Positions 1 through 12,802 of a stretch of DNA of 64,000 bases are shown piece after piece. This stretch comes from Octopus vulgaris. Taxonomy: Eukaryota. The notes below the pieces were generated by a model. That model worked only from the letters and a program-made list of their open reading frames with translations. It did no database searches and was not told the origin of the DNA. Position 1 is the stretch's first letter; each line of letters starts with the position of its first letter. The position numbers and the translations under genes are program-made. The stretch is from the NCBI GenBank assembly GCA_951406725.2, contig OX597818.1:44268001-44332000 (forward strand), given 5' to 3'.

Positions 1-160
1 AAATAAACAGGGAAAAAACCCCAAAATGGAAATATTGTTGAGGTAATCATTAACAAAATTAATGAGATATTCTCAGTTCTATTTATCAGAATGCTCAGAA
101 ATCTGTGGAGTTTACTTCAAAAAATGAATGATGTGCAGTGTGTGTGATATATATATATCT

Positions 161-320
161 TTATAACAATAATCAAGGGTTTAGCAACAAGTTGCTTGAC
201 CACATACCGAAAATTTTTAGAAATAGCAGCCAAAAGTTTGCTATTTCTTTGGCTGCTATTTCTAAAATTTTCAGTATGTGGTCAAGCAACTTGTTGCTAA
301 ACCCTTGATTATTGTTATAA
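161..320. repeat. near-perfect foldback inverted repeat (~73-bp arms, 13-nt spacer)
   Basis: 161-234 is the reverse complement of 248-320 with about 2 differences. Confidence 0.95.
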
Positions 321-980
321 TTATATATAAAAAAACTTTTTGTATAAGTTTTTACCGAATATGGTTATTTTCCATACCGAAAACTGCTTGGTAAGATTTA
401 TTAGATTAATAATTCTTTACCCTATATATATATATGAGAGAGAGAGAAAGAGAGAGATGTAGATAAACATGCTTGGGCTTGATATAAAAAATATACATAC
501 ATACACATGTAAAAATATATATAGGGATATACATACAGAGAGAAACAAAACCTGAAAATATTCAGAATATGAATACTCATGAAGCAATTAGGTCTTTACA
601 CAGAGAAGGGGAGATATTTCAAGACTTAGTTGTTTCTGGGTGCTCGGAATTATGTAATAGTTGTAATATGTAGATGGAGTGTGCAAAAAAGTCAAAGACA
701 TGCAACCAGTTGTAGATACATATAAATATTACCGTGAAACCTGTCTCTGTTATCAGGGTGGAAAGATCAGCAATGATGGAGGCCAGTTTTACAATAATGT
801 TTATATGCATCCACTACTGATTGTATATCTTTAACTTTTTACTCACTTCATCTGCATATTACAACTGCTATGTAATCCTGAGCACCTGAAAACAAGACTT
901 GAAATACCATGCCTTCTCCCCTTAGTTTTCTATATTCTTTGCACTCCATGTAAATTTGTTCCATAACTATATAAATATCT

Positions 981-1170
981 AGGGAGAGTTTACGAAAAAA
1001 ACAAAATACGAAGACAGGTGGTGTACAAAACAAACAGATGTATTAGCATAATGCTCAGGAATAGAAAAAGTCTTTTACATTTCAAGCCTATGCTTTTCTA
1101 CAGAAAGGGACACAGAAAAAACAAGGAGAGAAAAAAAATGTGTCTAGTGGCTAACGATATATCATGGTGA
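981..1170 (-). mobile_element. short repeat carrying a degenerate hammerhead (1072-1107), Penelope/retrozyme-like remnant
   Basis: Reverse complement cttt-CTGtAGA-aaagc atag gctt-GAAAtGTA-aaag. The downstream part resembles 50126-50155 and the flank resembles 50490-50590. Confidence 0.45.
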
Positions 1171-3322
1171 TATAAATATCTATATGCTTATACATGAGTG
1201 TACATCTGAATATTTTCAGGTTTTGTTTCTCTCTGCATATATATCCCTGTATAAATATTTATATGTATATATGTATGTATATTTTATATATCAAGCTCAA
1301 TGGCATGTATCTATATCAGTATCTCCATATCTGCTCACTTGGATTTCTCTTATAGTCACTCTTTACCTCACAGACTCACTTAGTCATTGATAAAGACTTC
1401 AGAGAGTAAGTTCAAATCATTTGAACACTTCATGTTTTCTGTATTAAGCATCTCTGTATTATACTGGCTGACTCTCTCTCTTTAAATATATATATATATA
1501 TATATGCACGCACACACATATACACTGTAAAAATTATTCAGTGATTAAATTTATAATGATTACTTACATGATTAAGTAGAGGTTAACTATTGATGATTTT
1601 ATAAAGAATGGCCCCAGTATTACGAATGTTTAGCGTTGAATATTTTTTTTGTAAAAATGAAGTTATTTTAGGGATGTAGAATTGATTTTAGAGAATGGCT
1701 TTAGTTATTACATCTTTCAAGCAAATAACAATTTTGCTTTGCTTTTGTACACTTAAAATTTAACAACCCAATCAAAAAAAATCAAGATTGTAACATAAAA
1801 ATAGAATATGGCCAAGATAGTGGTCATGCCAATCCTTGTTTTACTCTTTTGTTGTATTTGAAAATACTTTAGACTCTTTATTAGCAAACAAGTTTTCTTT
1901 TTATTGTGTTAGTTATTTTGAAAGGACTCTCATCTAATTTTGGAAATCCTCAGATTTTTTTAGAATCTAACAATGGTTCAAAGTATAGCAAAATTATGCT
2001 TGCCACTTTACATTTAGTTCTAAACTGATATTTAGAAAAGATCATATTTTTTTTAAAAATTCAAATTAAACACATTTTCTGTCGGTAGATAACTGTATTT
2101 TAATGATATACAACAAATAGATATTTCCCACTCTTTTATTTTTAAATAGCAACTTTTAAAAAAAGAATTTATCTTTTGTTTAAAGTTTTCTATATAATTT
2201 AACGATATTTATTTATTAATGCTGCATTTAAATTCTACTGAGGAAGAATATAAAATATTTCCAATGAAGATTATAATTTGGTTGTAGCATTATTTTTAAA
2301 TATATCATAAATTTGAATCTAAAATTAGCTGGAATACTTAATCGCAGTAAGTAATTATTTTTTTAATAAACAGATATTAGGGAACTTTGAAATGCACTAA
2401 ATAGGCAAAATTGAAGTAACGTGAGCAAAACTTTTGCTTTATGCTAATTTGATAAAGGTTTCAGATTTTAAATTTAACTTCTTCAATTCAGTCAAAGCAT
2501 TAAAATGTGCCAACAACAAAGCACAAAAACAAAGCAAAAATAACAAGTTGGTTGGAAAATGTAATAATTGTTTCTAATGTAGGCCCAAGGCCACACATTT
2601 GGGGAAGTAGTTAGTTGATTAAATCAACCCCTGTAAAGTGCTCAGTTGGTACTTTATTTTATCAACCGAGGAGGGATAAAAGGCAAAGTTGACTTTAGCA
2701 TGATTTGAACTCAGACCATAAAGAGCTAGAGCAAATTCCACAAGGCATTTTGTCAGACTTTGTAATGATTCTGTCAATCCCCCCACCCTTTTCATTAAAG
2801 CTGAATATGTTTGTTAATATTCTGAAATGGAAAATTATTTTATAATAGGATTGTTTTTCCATTTTTATTCCAAATTTATCTTGCAATCAATGCAAGTTAA
2901 AATAGCTAATATTTTGTCAATTTGTTATTCAGTTGGTAAGTAAATTTTAGCCAATGTATATATAACGAGGAGTACATTTTTAAGTAGCCTCATCAAAAGT
3001 AATTTAACAAGCAATATAATTTATAACAATATTTACAAAAATATAATTTCAATTATATTTCCTGTGCACCACATTTATTCTAATATGGTCATTCTGATAA
3101 ACTGCCAAAATTGAAGAAAATTGTAGTTGTTATGCAAATCCTTCTCTTTGTGTTAAACTTTGACATAAAACTCTTCAATTGAGGAAGAAAAATATTAGAC
3201 CTGTAAGAAAATGGTTACAAATTGAAACCTTGATAAAAACAATCTATTTTAGTATCAAGTAATGGCTGATTGAGTACTCTTAGTTTTAGAAAGATGCTCA
3301 TAAAATCTATCTGGTATCTTTC

Positions 3323-3424
3323 TCATACTTCTAAAAGGTACTTCAGTGGACAGTTGGCTTGTCGGTTGTTCATGGACTTCACTAATATACTTCCGTTTAG
3401 TTCTTCACCCACTTGGAGAACAAT
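3323..3424 (-). CDS. STAC: STAC-family adaptor, last coding exon (end of second SH3 domain)
   Basis: Pyrimidine tract and tag acceptor, then IVLQVGEELNGSILVKSMNNRQANCPLKYLLEV-TGA. Phase 0, matching the upstream exon. Resembles the Drosophila Stac C-terminus as recalled (DQIVIQ.GDE.NG...CPIKYLQEV). Confidence 0.93.
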   Translation of the reverse strand: MVLQVGEELNGSILVKSMNNRQANCPLKYLLEV

Positions 3425-4693
3425 CTATAAAAAAACAAGAAGAAATTGTGTAAAATTCGCTGATAAAGCAATGAATCCTACATTTACAGTATTGTAAACT
3501 TGCTTGTAAGTTGTTTGATGATCAGGTTGAATGATGTAAAATACAAGTTTAGCTATGGTCTACACAATTTAAAAAAAAAATCACGATCTCTGTATCTATT
3601 TAAATTCACCAAAGTTACAATGAGTGAAAGCCTGTATATCCAATTACACCAAGATTACCTACCCACCTATCTATTCTAACCATTCTTTAATTCTCTGATC
3701 TGACTTTTTGTGCTTCAAGTCATCAATCAGATATTTAAAATCTACAACTTAATCCAATACAGAGAATTTAGTCTTTATAGTTCCATTTAGCCTTCACATT
3801 CTACTCATTGATGTAGAAGGTGAAATCTTTGCCTGTTATCAGCAAGAACCAACTATTCTCTACCATAGCATCTGACTTTTCTATTGACATTCCCAGTACA
3901 TTTGACCTACTTCATCTTTTTAACCAGTGTCTTCATCAACTCCAGTATTTCAATCTTTACTAATACTATATCCCACTTAAACATATTAAATATTTGGAGT
4001 CAATGAGAAAAGTATACAAAGCTGTTTGCTTTGTTATGAATAACAATTAAATCCCCTTTGGGTCATCTCTTATTTTGAAAGTGGAAAAACATATTGGACA
4101 ATGTAGTCCTAAATAAACTAAAATAGACAGAATGGTCATGGGTGGAATATTTTTGATAATAGGTTTGTCTGATCAGTGCTGATCCTGAGGTGAACAACAA
4201 AATACTGAATATCAAACTTGCTGGTCATTCAAATTTGCCCACTGTTTGGCTCTTTGGTATGTTTATACAGATTATCTCTGACACCAAGTAAACTTCAGCT
4301 CAGTCTGTGCCAAAAATATAACTGATAATTTATTTTGTTATTACGTTTTTATGTCTGTTTTTCCATACCAGTATGAATTAGATGGATACTTATTACTGAA
4401 GCACTGTTTCTTACAGTCAGATATTCAAGTTTATTGGCAAGGAATGCCAGAAAAACCTCACTGTTTGTAGCTAAGTGTCTTTTTATGTGGAGTGCAGAAT
4501 GCAAGCATTCACACACTCACATACAATGGACTTCAGAATATTTCTGTTTATAAAATTCACTCATAAGGCATTGGTTGACCTGCACCTATAATAAGTAATG
4601 TATTAAATATTCAATTGAATTGAATATAAAAGGGTTATTTGCTTTATGCTTACAAACTATAAGCAGAATTTGGAAAATCTTGACTACATATAA

Positions 4694-4880
4694 TCTTTTA
4701 CTTATTTCAGTCATTTGACTGTGGCCATGCTGGAGCACCGCCTTTAGTAGAGCAAATCAACCCCAGGACTTATTCTATGTAAGCCTAGTACTTATTCTAT
4801 CAGTCTCTATTGCCAAACCGCTAAGTAATGGGGACGTAAACACACCAGCATCGGTTGTCAAGCGATGTTGGGAAAGACAA

Positions 4881-4961
<81 letters not shown>

Positions 4962-5127
4962 CACGACGGGCTTCTTTCAGTTTCCGTCTACCAAATCCAC
5001 TCACAAGGCTTTGGTCAGCCCGAGGCTATAGTAGAAGACACTTGCCCAAGGTGCCACGCAGTGGGACTGAACCCGGAACCATGTGGTTCATAAGCAAGCT
5101 ATTTACCACACAGCAACTCCTGTGCCT
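4694..5127 (-). mobile_element. tRNA-derived SINE family A (internal (TA)n tract)
   Basis: Head gcaggagtggctgtgtggtaag...gggttcagtccc (A/B boxes) and tail aaacaagtaaaaga. About 20 copies in the window. Confidence 0.9.
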
Positions 5128-5289
5128 AGAAGTGAGTAAATATTCTAAAGGTCATTGAATTATATTAGGGATAGGTAAGGGACAGTTGATACCATGAACT
5201 CCAGGACTTGATTGGTACTTTGCTTTATCAATTCAAGAAGGTTTAAATGCAAAAGTATTTTGTTTGATACCTTAATTCTACCAGCCCAC

Positions 5290-5557
5290 CACCATCATCA
5301 TTCAACGTCTGCTTTCCATGCTAGCATGGGTTGGACGATTTGACTGAGGTCTGGCGAACCAGACTCCAATCTGGTCTGGCAGAGTTTCTACAGCTGGATG
5401 CCCTTCCTAACGCCAACCACTCTGAGAGTGTAGTGGGTGCTTTTATGTGCCACCGGCATGAGGGCCAGTTTGGTGGTACTGGCAATGGCCACGCCCAAAT
5501 GGTGTTTTTTATGTGCCACCTGCACAGGAGCCAGTCCAGCGGCACTGGCGACGACCA
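5290..5557 (-). mobile_element. SINE family B ((GAT)n tail)
   Basis: catcatc..aacgtc.gctttccatgctagcatgggttggac...ggatgcccttcctaacgccaacc. Further copies at 14881-15050 and 57162-57535. Confidence 0.8.
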
Positions 5558-5809
5558 TTAATAATAATAATTGTTTTAAATTTTGGCACAAAGCCAGCAA
5601 TTTTAGGGGATGTGAATAATTGATTACATCAACCCAGTACTTGATGGTACTTTATTTTATCAATCTTGAAAGAATGAAAGGCAAAATTAACTTTGATTGT
5701 ATTTGAACTCAGAAAGTAAAGTTATAGGTGAGATGCTGCTAAACCTTTTGTCCAAGGTGCTAATGATTCTGCCAAGTATTTTGAAAAAATTTAAGAAAAT
5801 TGGCTTTAC

Positions 5810-5947
5810 CTGATCTTTGTGGAAACGTACATCAACAGCCCCTTCAGTAATATGAACTGGACTGGTAACTTGGAAAATTCGCTGACCTGGTTGAAGACGT
5901 TCTACATAGGCAGCAGGAAAATGTCCGACTTTACCATTACATTTACC
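5810..5947 (-). CDS. STAC: STAC-family adaptor exon (end of SH3-1, start of SH3-2)
   Basis: cag|...|gtaaag, 138 nt, phase 0-0. Encodes GKCNGKVGHFPAAYVERLQPGQRIFQVTSPVHITEGAVDVRFHKDQ, with the SH3 G.FP..YV motif. Confidence 0.95.
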
Positions 5948-6398
5948 CTGAAAATGGCAGAATCATAAGAATAATATGTAATTATAATTTGTAATTTTGA
6001 TACATTCAAATTTTACTTTTCAGTTCTGTTGAATAAAAATAAATACATTCCCCAAAGCATTTTGGTAAGCATTTGAACAGTAGCATATCTATTGTACCCA
6101 TGACAACACTTTTGGCAACTTTTGATAAAAACAGATAAAAAGAAGATTAATCTGCTGTAAAGCTTACTATAATGCTATACATTTCTTTGGATTATCTAAC
6201 TTCTTAAATCAAAGTCTTTATCCTTCTCCGTTAATGAATATTGATACATTCAATTGTTTCTCTCTGGGATTATCTCTCTCGCATTGTGCCTTTTTCTTTT
6301 GAAATTGTCAACATAACAAATCATACGTACACTAACATGCAACAGGATGTAAAGTCGTTAAAAAATGATATTTATATTTCTTTTGACTCATTACTTAC

Positions 6399-6450
6399 TT
6401 TCCACCAATCTTTCTTGGAACTTTCAAGAACTGAAATACGCCATCCAGCT
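6399..6450 (-). CDS. STAC: STAC-family adaptor exon (SH3-1 WW motif)
   Basis: tttttag|...|gtaagt, 52 nt, phase 2-0. Encodes (R)AGWRISVLESSKKDWWK. Confidence 0.94.
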
Positions 6451-6486
6451 CTAAAAATGTTGAAAATAAAAGAATAATTTAAATTT

Positions 6487-6552
<66 letters not shown>

Positions 6553-6964
6553 AGTGAAAGAAACTAATCTGTGTGTCATATGTTCATTGAATAAGAAAGG
6601 TGGTTTGTATGCTATACCGTAAGATCAAAAAAGCAGTGTAAGAGCATCTTGCTGGGTATAGATGAACAGAGTATCTGGAAGATATTCACTGTAGAATAGA
6701 GGAACTAATCAATATCCCCCCCCACTCCATTTCAAGACAAAAGGCCAAGGATCTAAACAGTTGGAGATAGATGGTGGTAGTTCTGAAATTTAGAATATCT
6801 GGAAGTTGTTTTAGTAAATAATATACAAATGGCATGTAAAAAGCACCGTTTGAGCGTGATCGTTACCAGCATCGCCTTACTGGCACTTGTGCCAGTGGCA
6901 CATGAACAAAACATTTGAGTGAGGTCGTTGCCAGTGCCGCTGGACTGACTCCCTTGTAGTATAT

Positions 6965-7280
6965 TTTTATACTACTGTATAAAAATATGGCTACCAAAAC
7001 TGTTTCACATGTACACATTTTTGTGTTAATGCCAATTCCATGGTCTAGCTCAAGTCTGTGATGCAGTCTTCTGAAGGTAATGCTTATATTTCCCTGTCTG
7101 TGTTGTGATTCATCATTCACATGGATGGAGAGAAAGCTCCTCAGATAGCAGAAGTTTTGCACAACATTCAATGCTTCTTTGCTATTTTTGTAATTGAGCC
7201 ACGAACAGAAAACTTAGCTTTGATTAGAATATCATATCTGTTAGTGATATTCCAACCAAAAGATGAGCACCAGACACCAC
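6965..7280 (-). mobile_element. RTE-clade LINE fragment
   Basis: V.NFCYL.S.LS...FRRL..RL...HGI.INTK post-RT motifs. Confidence 0.65.
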
Positions 7281-7300
7281 GGTGCATCACAACTTGGTTC

Positions 7301-7557
7301 CAAGTGACAGGGACATAAACACTGCAGCATCGGTTGTCAAGCGATGTTGGGGGGACAAACAGACACACATACATATACACACACATACATACATATACGA
7401 CGGGCTTTCAGTTTCTGTCTACCAAATCCACTCACAAGGCTTTGATCAGCCTGAGGCTATAGTAGAAGACACTTGCCAAGGTGACATGCAGTAGGACTGA
7501 ACCCAGAACCATATCGTTGGTAAGCAAGCTACTTACTACACAGCCACTCCTGTGTCT
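7301..7557 (-). mobile_element. SINE family A, 5' half
   Basis: Matches the family A head. Confidence 0.85.
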
Positions 7558-7570
7558 AAAAATGTGTGAC

Positions 7571-7667
7571 GCTTACAGCATCTAGGTTTCCCAAGCGGTC
7601 ACCCATCTAAGTACTAATTAGGCTCGACGTTGCTAACTTTAGTGATCAACGTAATATGGCCGTAAGC
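7571..7667 (-). pseudogene. 5S rRNA pseudogene with ~20-nt internal deletion
   Basis: Reverse complement reads GCTTACGGCCATATTACGTTGA/TCACTAAAGTTAGCAACGTCGAGCCTAATTAGTACTTAGATGGGTGACCGCTTGGGAAACCTAGATGCTGTAAGC, which is colinear with metazoan 5S rRNA but only 97 nt. Confidence 0.9.
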
Positions 7668-8514
7668 CATATCACATTGAAGACCATTTAGAGCTCAGTG
7701 TTTTATAGATGTTGGTGGAGTGTTAGCACCTTTGTAGAATGGTAGCCATGCCTTTTTGTAGTAGGTGTTCATAATTCATGTCACACCCAATTTCTACTGC
7801 TACTTCTAAGTTGCTGATTGGGTATAGTGGTGGGTATAACATGAGTACTGATCTTTGCTGATCAACTAAATATTGTCCAGATGGTGATGGGGGCTGGTTC
7901 TGTTTTACACAGTGTCAAGTGGTGAATGGCAGAACTGAAATGGGTGGGGGCAGCAGATGGATTGTGACAGCTGTTGTAGTCAGGTGTGAAGACAGATACA
8001 ATATATTCAACACTCAATGGAATAATGTTTGGAAAATATTGATTTCATTCTAATGAATTCAATAGTGTTAGTCTATGTTTCTACTTGAATTAATTTAGCT
8101 TCCTTTTTAAAGAAAACTATTTGATTTTTCATCCAATTTTCTTTAAAAAATAATGTACTATTCTTGATTTGTCTTATATTCCATGACATAGCTGAAGGGT
8201 ATTGAGGTTTGACTGTTGAATAAAGAGAAATTATTATTCCTAATTGATAACTACCGCCACTTTCTAAAGATTTGTATCAGAGCACTTCAGAATAGTTTCT
8301 AACTGGTCAATAGAAAGCGGAATTGAAAAAATTTATATAAAAGAAAACTAGACTTAACAGAAAGCAGTAGACATCATGTACATTTATGTTTGTGTGTATA
8401 TATGGGAGAAAGAGAGTGACTGTGTGTATGAGTGGAATTGTATGTGTGCATATTTCTGTATGTAAATACATATATGTGACTGTATGAATGAGTGAAAGGA
8501 AAGAAAATATTTCC

Positions 8515-8692
8515 TTAACCATTTGTTACTGTATTTCTGTTGAAATACATTATCTTTTTTTCAATTAATTTTAAAAAGAAACAAATTAACATGAAATTTT
8601 GCTGAGAGGTTTTAATTTAGATCCCTTTAAAACTGGGAGTTTGTGGTGTAGAACCAGGGGCAGTTTCAGGTGGATTAGTATTAAAAGGGTTT
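8515..8692. mobile_element. degenerate TTAA MITE, same family
   Basis: ttaaccatttgttac...ttaaaagggtt, with internal similarity to the other two copies. Confidence 0.6.
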
Positions 8693-8749
8693 GAAGTAAT
8701 TATGAATTTTCCCAGATTTCGTGTTTGAGAAAAATTATTTTATAATTAC

Positions 8750-8835
8750 CTGAGATCCAAGTCATCTTTTTCTTTGGCTTTAAAATTATATAGAACAACA
8801 TATACATCATCATTTTTCTTCTTCGAGCTTTTCAG
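8750..8835 (-). CDS. STAC: STAC-family adaptor exon (start of SH3-1)
   Basis: gttttag|...|gtaatt, 86 nt, phase 0-2. Encodes LKSSKKKNDDVYVVLYNFKAKEKDDLDL(R), with an SH3 ALYDF/DL-type motif. Confidence 0.94.
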
Positions 8836-10421
8836 CTAAAACAGTAAAAAAAAAGTAAACCACTTATAAGAAAAATAATGATTAAAACCCAATGATGCTC
8901 TGGGAAAAATAAGTATACAAACATAAATTTGGCTATGAATGATAATGAAGAACAACATTGTTTTAAAATGTACTGCTCTGAATATTTCTTACTAGAATAT
9001 ATAATTTTTTAAATCTTACATAAAGTTGGAAATAATGTAAATTTTATCGATTAAAAATCTTTAATCATTTGTCCAGGAGTAAAATTTGCAATTAAATTTA
9101 TCCTCAATAGGAAATAATTTCATCCACCTAGAGACAAATACATTTTTCAATAAATGTAAACCTTGATGCTAATGAACCAATGAAACTGGTATTATGCATG
9201 CTCAAAGCTTAAGTTGGTGTCTTATTTATTATTCAAGAAGATTTAAATAACATATATAGAGATTTTTATGCAACCAAAACTGACAATGGAAATAGGAACA
9301 TATTTCATGAATATACCAAAATTGATTCAAATTGCTTGGATGCTTCAGGTTGTCTATACTCTCTTTTGTGTTGGTTTGATATAAAGGAGATCTTTCTCTT
9401 CATACTCTTCCACGTTAAACTGAGTTATTATTAAAAATGGCTCCGAGTGTTTTTTTACTGTATGACAGTAAGAAATATTCAAGATGCTTCTTCAAGATTA
9501 TTGTACAGAGATCTATAAGTGGTGAGGCTTTTTTTTTATCAGTATATTCTTTCCAGTTCTCCTCCATTTTATCAGCCAAATTTCTGGCATGAATAGCATA
9601 TACATAATTCAACATTATGACAGATATGTGGATCTTCCTGTATGAGACATAGGTGTTTTTAAATTTGTGTTTATTTAAAGACAATCGAATAAAAATCATT
9701 CAACTATGGTAATAGTTGAAAAATATTTTTAAGGCCACACTTTACTCGCAACATCTTTCTGAGCATGTCGCTAATTCAGTTCTTGACCAAATTGAAAACT
9801 GTTAACATTTTTGAAGAGGAGTGGTCCGTACTACATTTTGGCATTAAAAAAATTGAGATTTGGTCCAGTAGAAAAAAGTTTACATCAAAATTTGTAGCAA
9901 TGTTCTCGGAGAGTAAGGAACACCACCAATCAAGTTTAGATCTAAATAACTTCCTTATTTTAAAAGCAAAATATATTTATCTTAGCTTCAATGATAGAAG
10001 AAAGCATGAAGAATTTCATACTTTGATCTCATGCAACAAAAATTTGTATCAAAAAAGTTGTGAGGTAAAATATCATGAAAAAATATAAGGCAAAAAATTG
10101 GATTTAAGTATAATTAACTTTTTTATTTTAAAATCAAACCATATTCTAATTAAGCTTAAAGGATAGAGCTCATTTCGAAAAATTTCATGGTATCAATCTC
10201 ATGCAAGGAAGTTTTAAAAGAAAAATAGTTATGTGTGTTTGTTTCTCAAATTTGAGGGTGATAATATAGTTCTATACTTTTTTATGAATATAATTCTATA
10301 AGGTGACTTTTAATACACATCAGCGACATCATTGAGATAAGGAAAAAATTATCAATGACATCGCTAATTGACACATCTGACACATTAATTAGCATAATAG
10401 CATAGCCTGGAAAAAACATGG

Positions 10422-11698
10422 ATTACATAGAAAAATGCAAGCATGAGAAATAATAATCTTAAGATTATAAATCTGGAAAAGTACAGGACAAGTTATTACA
10501 CTTGGAAAAGTTCAGGACAAGATATTTCATATGCTAAAGTACAGAAAAAGAAAATTTTTACTTAAAATATTGCAGCTAAGGATAAAATTTGAATATTAAA
10601 AATCATTTGATTTTAATTTACAAAGTAACATTATAATTAAAAAAAGGCACCATCATTTTGTTAAAATATTGACACACTAGAATACTTAAAAATGAGAGCC
10701 AGAAGTACCAATATAGCTAAAGTTTTATGCAAAGTGGAATAGTATATATGGTAGGCAAATTCATTATGTAAAAAATAGGTATTGGGTCAAGACTAAAAAT
10801 GTGAAGACTTGGCAATAACTCAAGCAAATTTTACTGTGAATTTGTTGTTATAGGTAGATTTTACTGTAATATATAATTTTTGTATTATTCTGTTTATTGT
10901 ACTGACTAATTATGTACTACTATTATTTTTTATACCCAATTTTCAAATTTCTAATTATTAATTAATAATTAAAAAAATGATATTTTTAAAGTGCAAAAAA
11001 TATTTTGAGTTATTTTTTTATTTTTGATAGAAGAAACAAGTTATAAAAAATAGAAGTAATAACTTGTAATAAAATTTTTAGTTTTAATAAAAGCTAATAT
11101 TTTCTAAATCTAAATATTTAATTTGAAATTTTATCCTTAGCTGCAATATTTTAGGTAAAAATTTTCTTGTTCTGTACTTTACCAGATGTAACAACTTGTC
11201 CTAAACTTTTCCAAGTGTAATAACTTGCCCTGTACTTTTCCAGATTTATAATCTTAAGAATAGGTATAGGAGTGACTGTGTGGTAAGTAGCTTGCTTACG
11301 GACCACATGGTTCCGGATTCAGTCCTACTGCATGGCACCTCAGGCAAGTGTCTTCTACTATAGCCTCGGGCTGACTATAACCTTGTGAGTGGATTTGGTA
11401 GATGGAAACTGAAAGAAGCCCATCATATATATGTATGTATGTGTATATGTTTGTGTGTCTGTGTTTGTCCTCCCAACATCGCTTGACAACCGATGCTGGT
11501 GTGTTTACATCCCTGTAACTTAGCAGTTCAGCAAAAGAGACCTATAGAATAAGTACTAGGCTTACAAAGAATAAGCCCTGAGGTCAATTTGCTCAACTAA
11601 AAAAAAGGCGGTGCTCCAGCATGGCCACAGTCAAATGACTGAAACAAGTAAAAGAGTAAAAGAATATTATTTCTCTTGTTTGCATTTTCCCATGTAAT
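10422..11698. mobile_element. foldback-type non-autonomous DNA element with ~175-bp inverted termini containing ~29-bp subrepeats; right arm split by a SINE
   Basis: 10422-10600 is the reverse complement of 11115-11262 plus 11667-11698. Subrepeat tggaaaagt(a/t)caggacaag. SINE TSD aagaata at 11256-11262 and 11660-11666. Confidence 0.75.
11263..11659 (+). mobile_element. SINE family A
   Basis: Full length with 7-bp TSD aagaata. Confidence 0.9.
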
Positions 11699-11769
11699 AT
11701 AAACAATTCTGTACATATGGTACATGTGGAAGGTTACAGAGGAGCACAGAAAGCAGCATTTGCAGGGGT

Positions 11770-11957
11770 TTTTTTTTTGCTCCTTCTCGAGCCATGCCTG
11801 GCTCATAAGGGCCGGTTTCTCGGTTTCCTTGGCGTATAGGTTCCCCGCCTGGACGGGACGCCGGTCCGTCGCAGGTGAGCTGCAAGATGCAGGAGGAAAG
11901 AGTAAGAGAAAGTTGTGGTGAAAGAGTCAGCAGAAGTTCGCCATTACCTTCTGCCGG
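11770..11957. mobile_element. CpG-rich truncated SINE-like fragment (MetaSINE-like core)
   Basis: GC-rich patch with ccggtttc...cctggacgggacgccggtccgtcgcagg, resembling a widespread invertebrate SINE core as recalled. Confidence 0.45.
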
Positions 11958-12100
11958 AGAGGAAAGTTAAGTCATAGTTAGTTTAGATGTGATACAAAAT
12001 AGAGTGAGGTGGAGGAAAGAAAACATATGCAAGATATGTTATTCCACCTCACTCTCTATTTTGTATCACATCTAAACTAACTATGACTTAAATTTCCTCT
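11958..12100. repeat. foldback inverted repeat directly upstream of the hammerhead at 12107
   Basis: 11958-12013 is the reverse complement of 12043-12100. Confidence 0.92.
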
Positions 12101-12106
12101 AACACC

Positions 12107-12158
12107 GTCTCTGATGAAGGGATATTATTAATTAATATCCTAGAAACAGCTGTAAGAT
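12107..12158 (+). ncRNA. minimal type-I hammerhead ribozyme motif (Penelope/retrozyme-like)
   Basis: gtct-CTGATGA-ag-GGATATTA/ttaat/TAATATCC-ta-GAAA-CAGCTG-TA-agat. Core intact, 8-bp stem II, palindromic stem III ACAGCTGT, GUA triplet. Confidence 0.8.
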
Positions 12159-12802
12159 CTTCTATCTATAAATGCTCTAATATCTATAAAGCCTTGATTT
12201 TTTATCTTATTACGCAAAAGATTATTATATGCACATGCTGACATGGAACCAACGTTGAACCCTTTATTCGTAATATTACCAAATCTGGAATTTAACTATG
12301 GTCTGTCTATAGCACTAATTCAGCATTACCTGACACCTTTGGGTCTCAATGACACCATTATCTCTTATAACCTCAACTTCTCGCTATATATATATATATA
12401 TATATATATGTGAGTGTGTATGTGTATACACGCACATGTTTCACATGTATCTGATGAGCTTCCAAATAGTTTCCATTTACAAGTTTCACTCGAAATCTAA
12501 TGCTCAGCTGAAGTTATGCTAGATGATTCTTGCCCAAAGTGATATGCAATGAAATCAAAACTAGAAGAACACAACCGTTTGCAGTTGAATCGAAAAGTCT
12601 CCTTTCAACTTTTGCTACTTGTTCTTTGTGTATGTGTAAATGTGTACTTAAAAACATATACACATAAAGCTGCTTATGTTTGATAAAATGCAAACTGTAG
12701 CATCTACACTCTAATATGGAGAAGATTAACATGTTAGACTGTAAAAGGCAGCAAAAACCAGCAAATGAAAGATGTATTTGGTTGGATGTAAAAAACTTAC
12801 AA

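Noticed and set aside
345-398. Hammerhead-like stretch after the 161-320 foldback (tatgg/ccata stem, gaaa, gta)
   Set aside because: No CUGANGA core is present (ccgaata instead), so it is too degenerate to call.
1385-1425. ttgataa-agactt...aagttc-aaa possible eroded hammerhead (similar case at about 58935-58985 on -)
   Set aside because: Multiple core mismatches make it indistinguishable from chance by eye.
1600-3322. 3' UTR and poly(A) site of the STAC-like gene
   Set aside because: Many AATAAA candidates in AT-rich sequence, so the transcript end cannot be placed.
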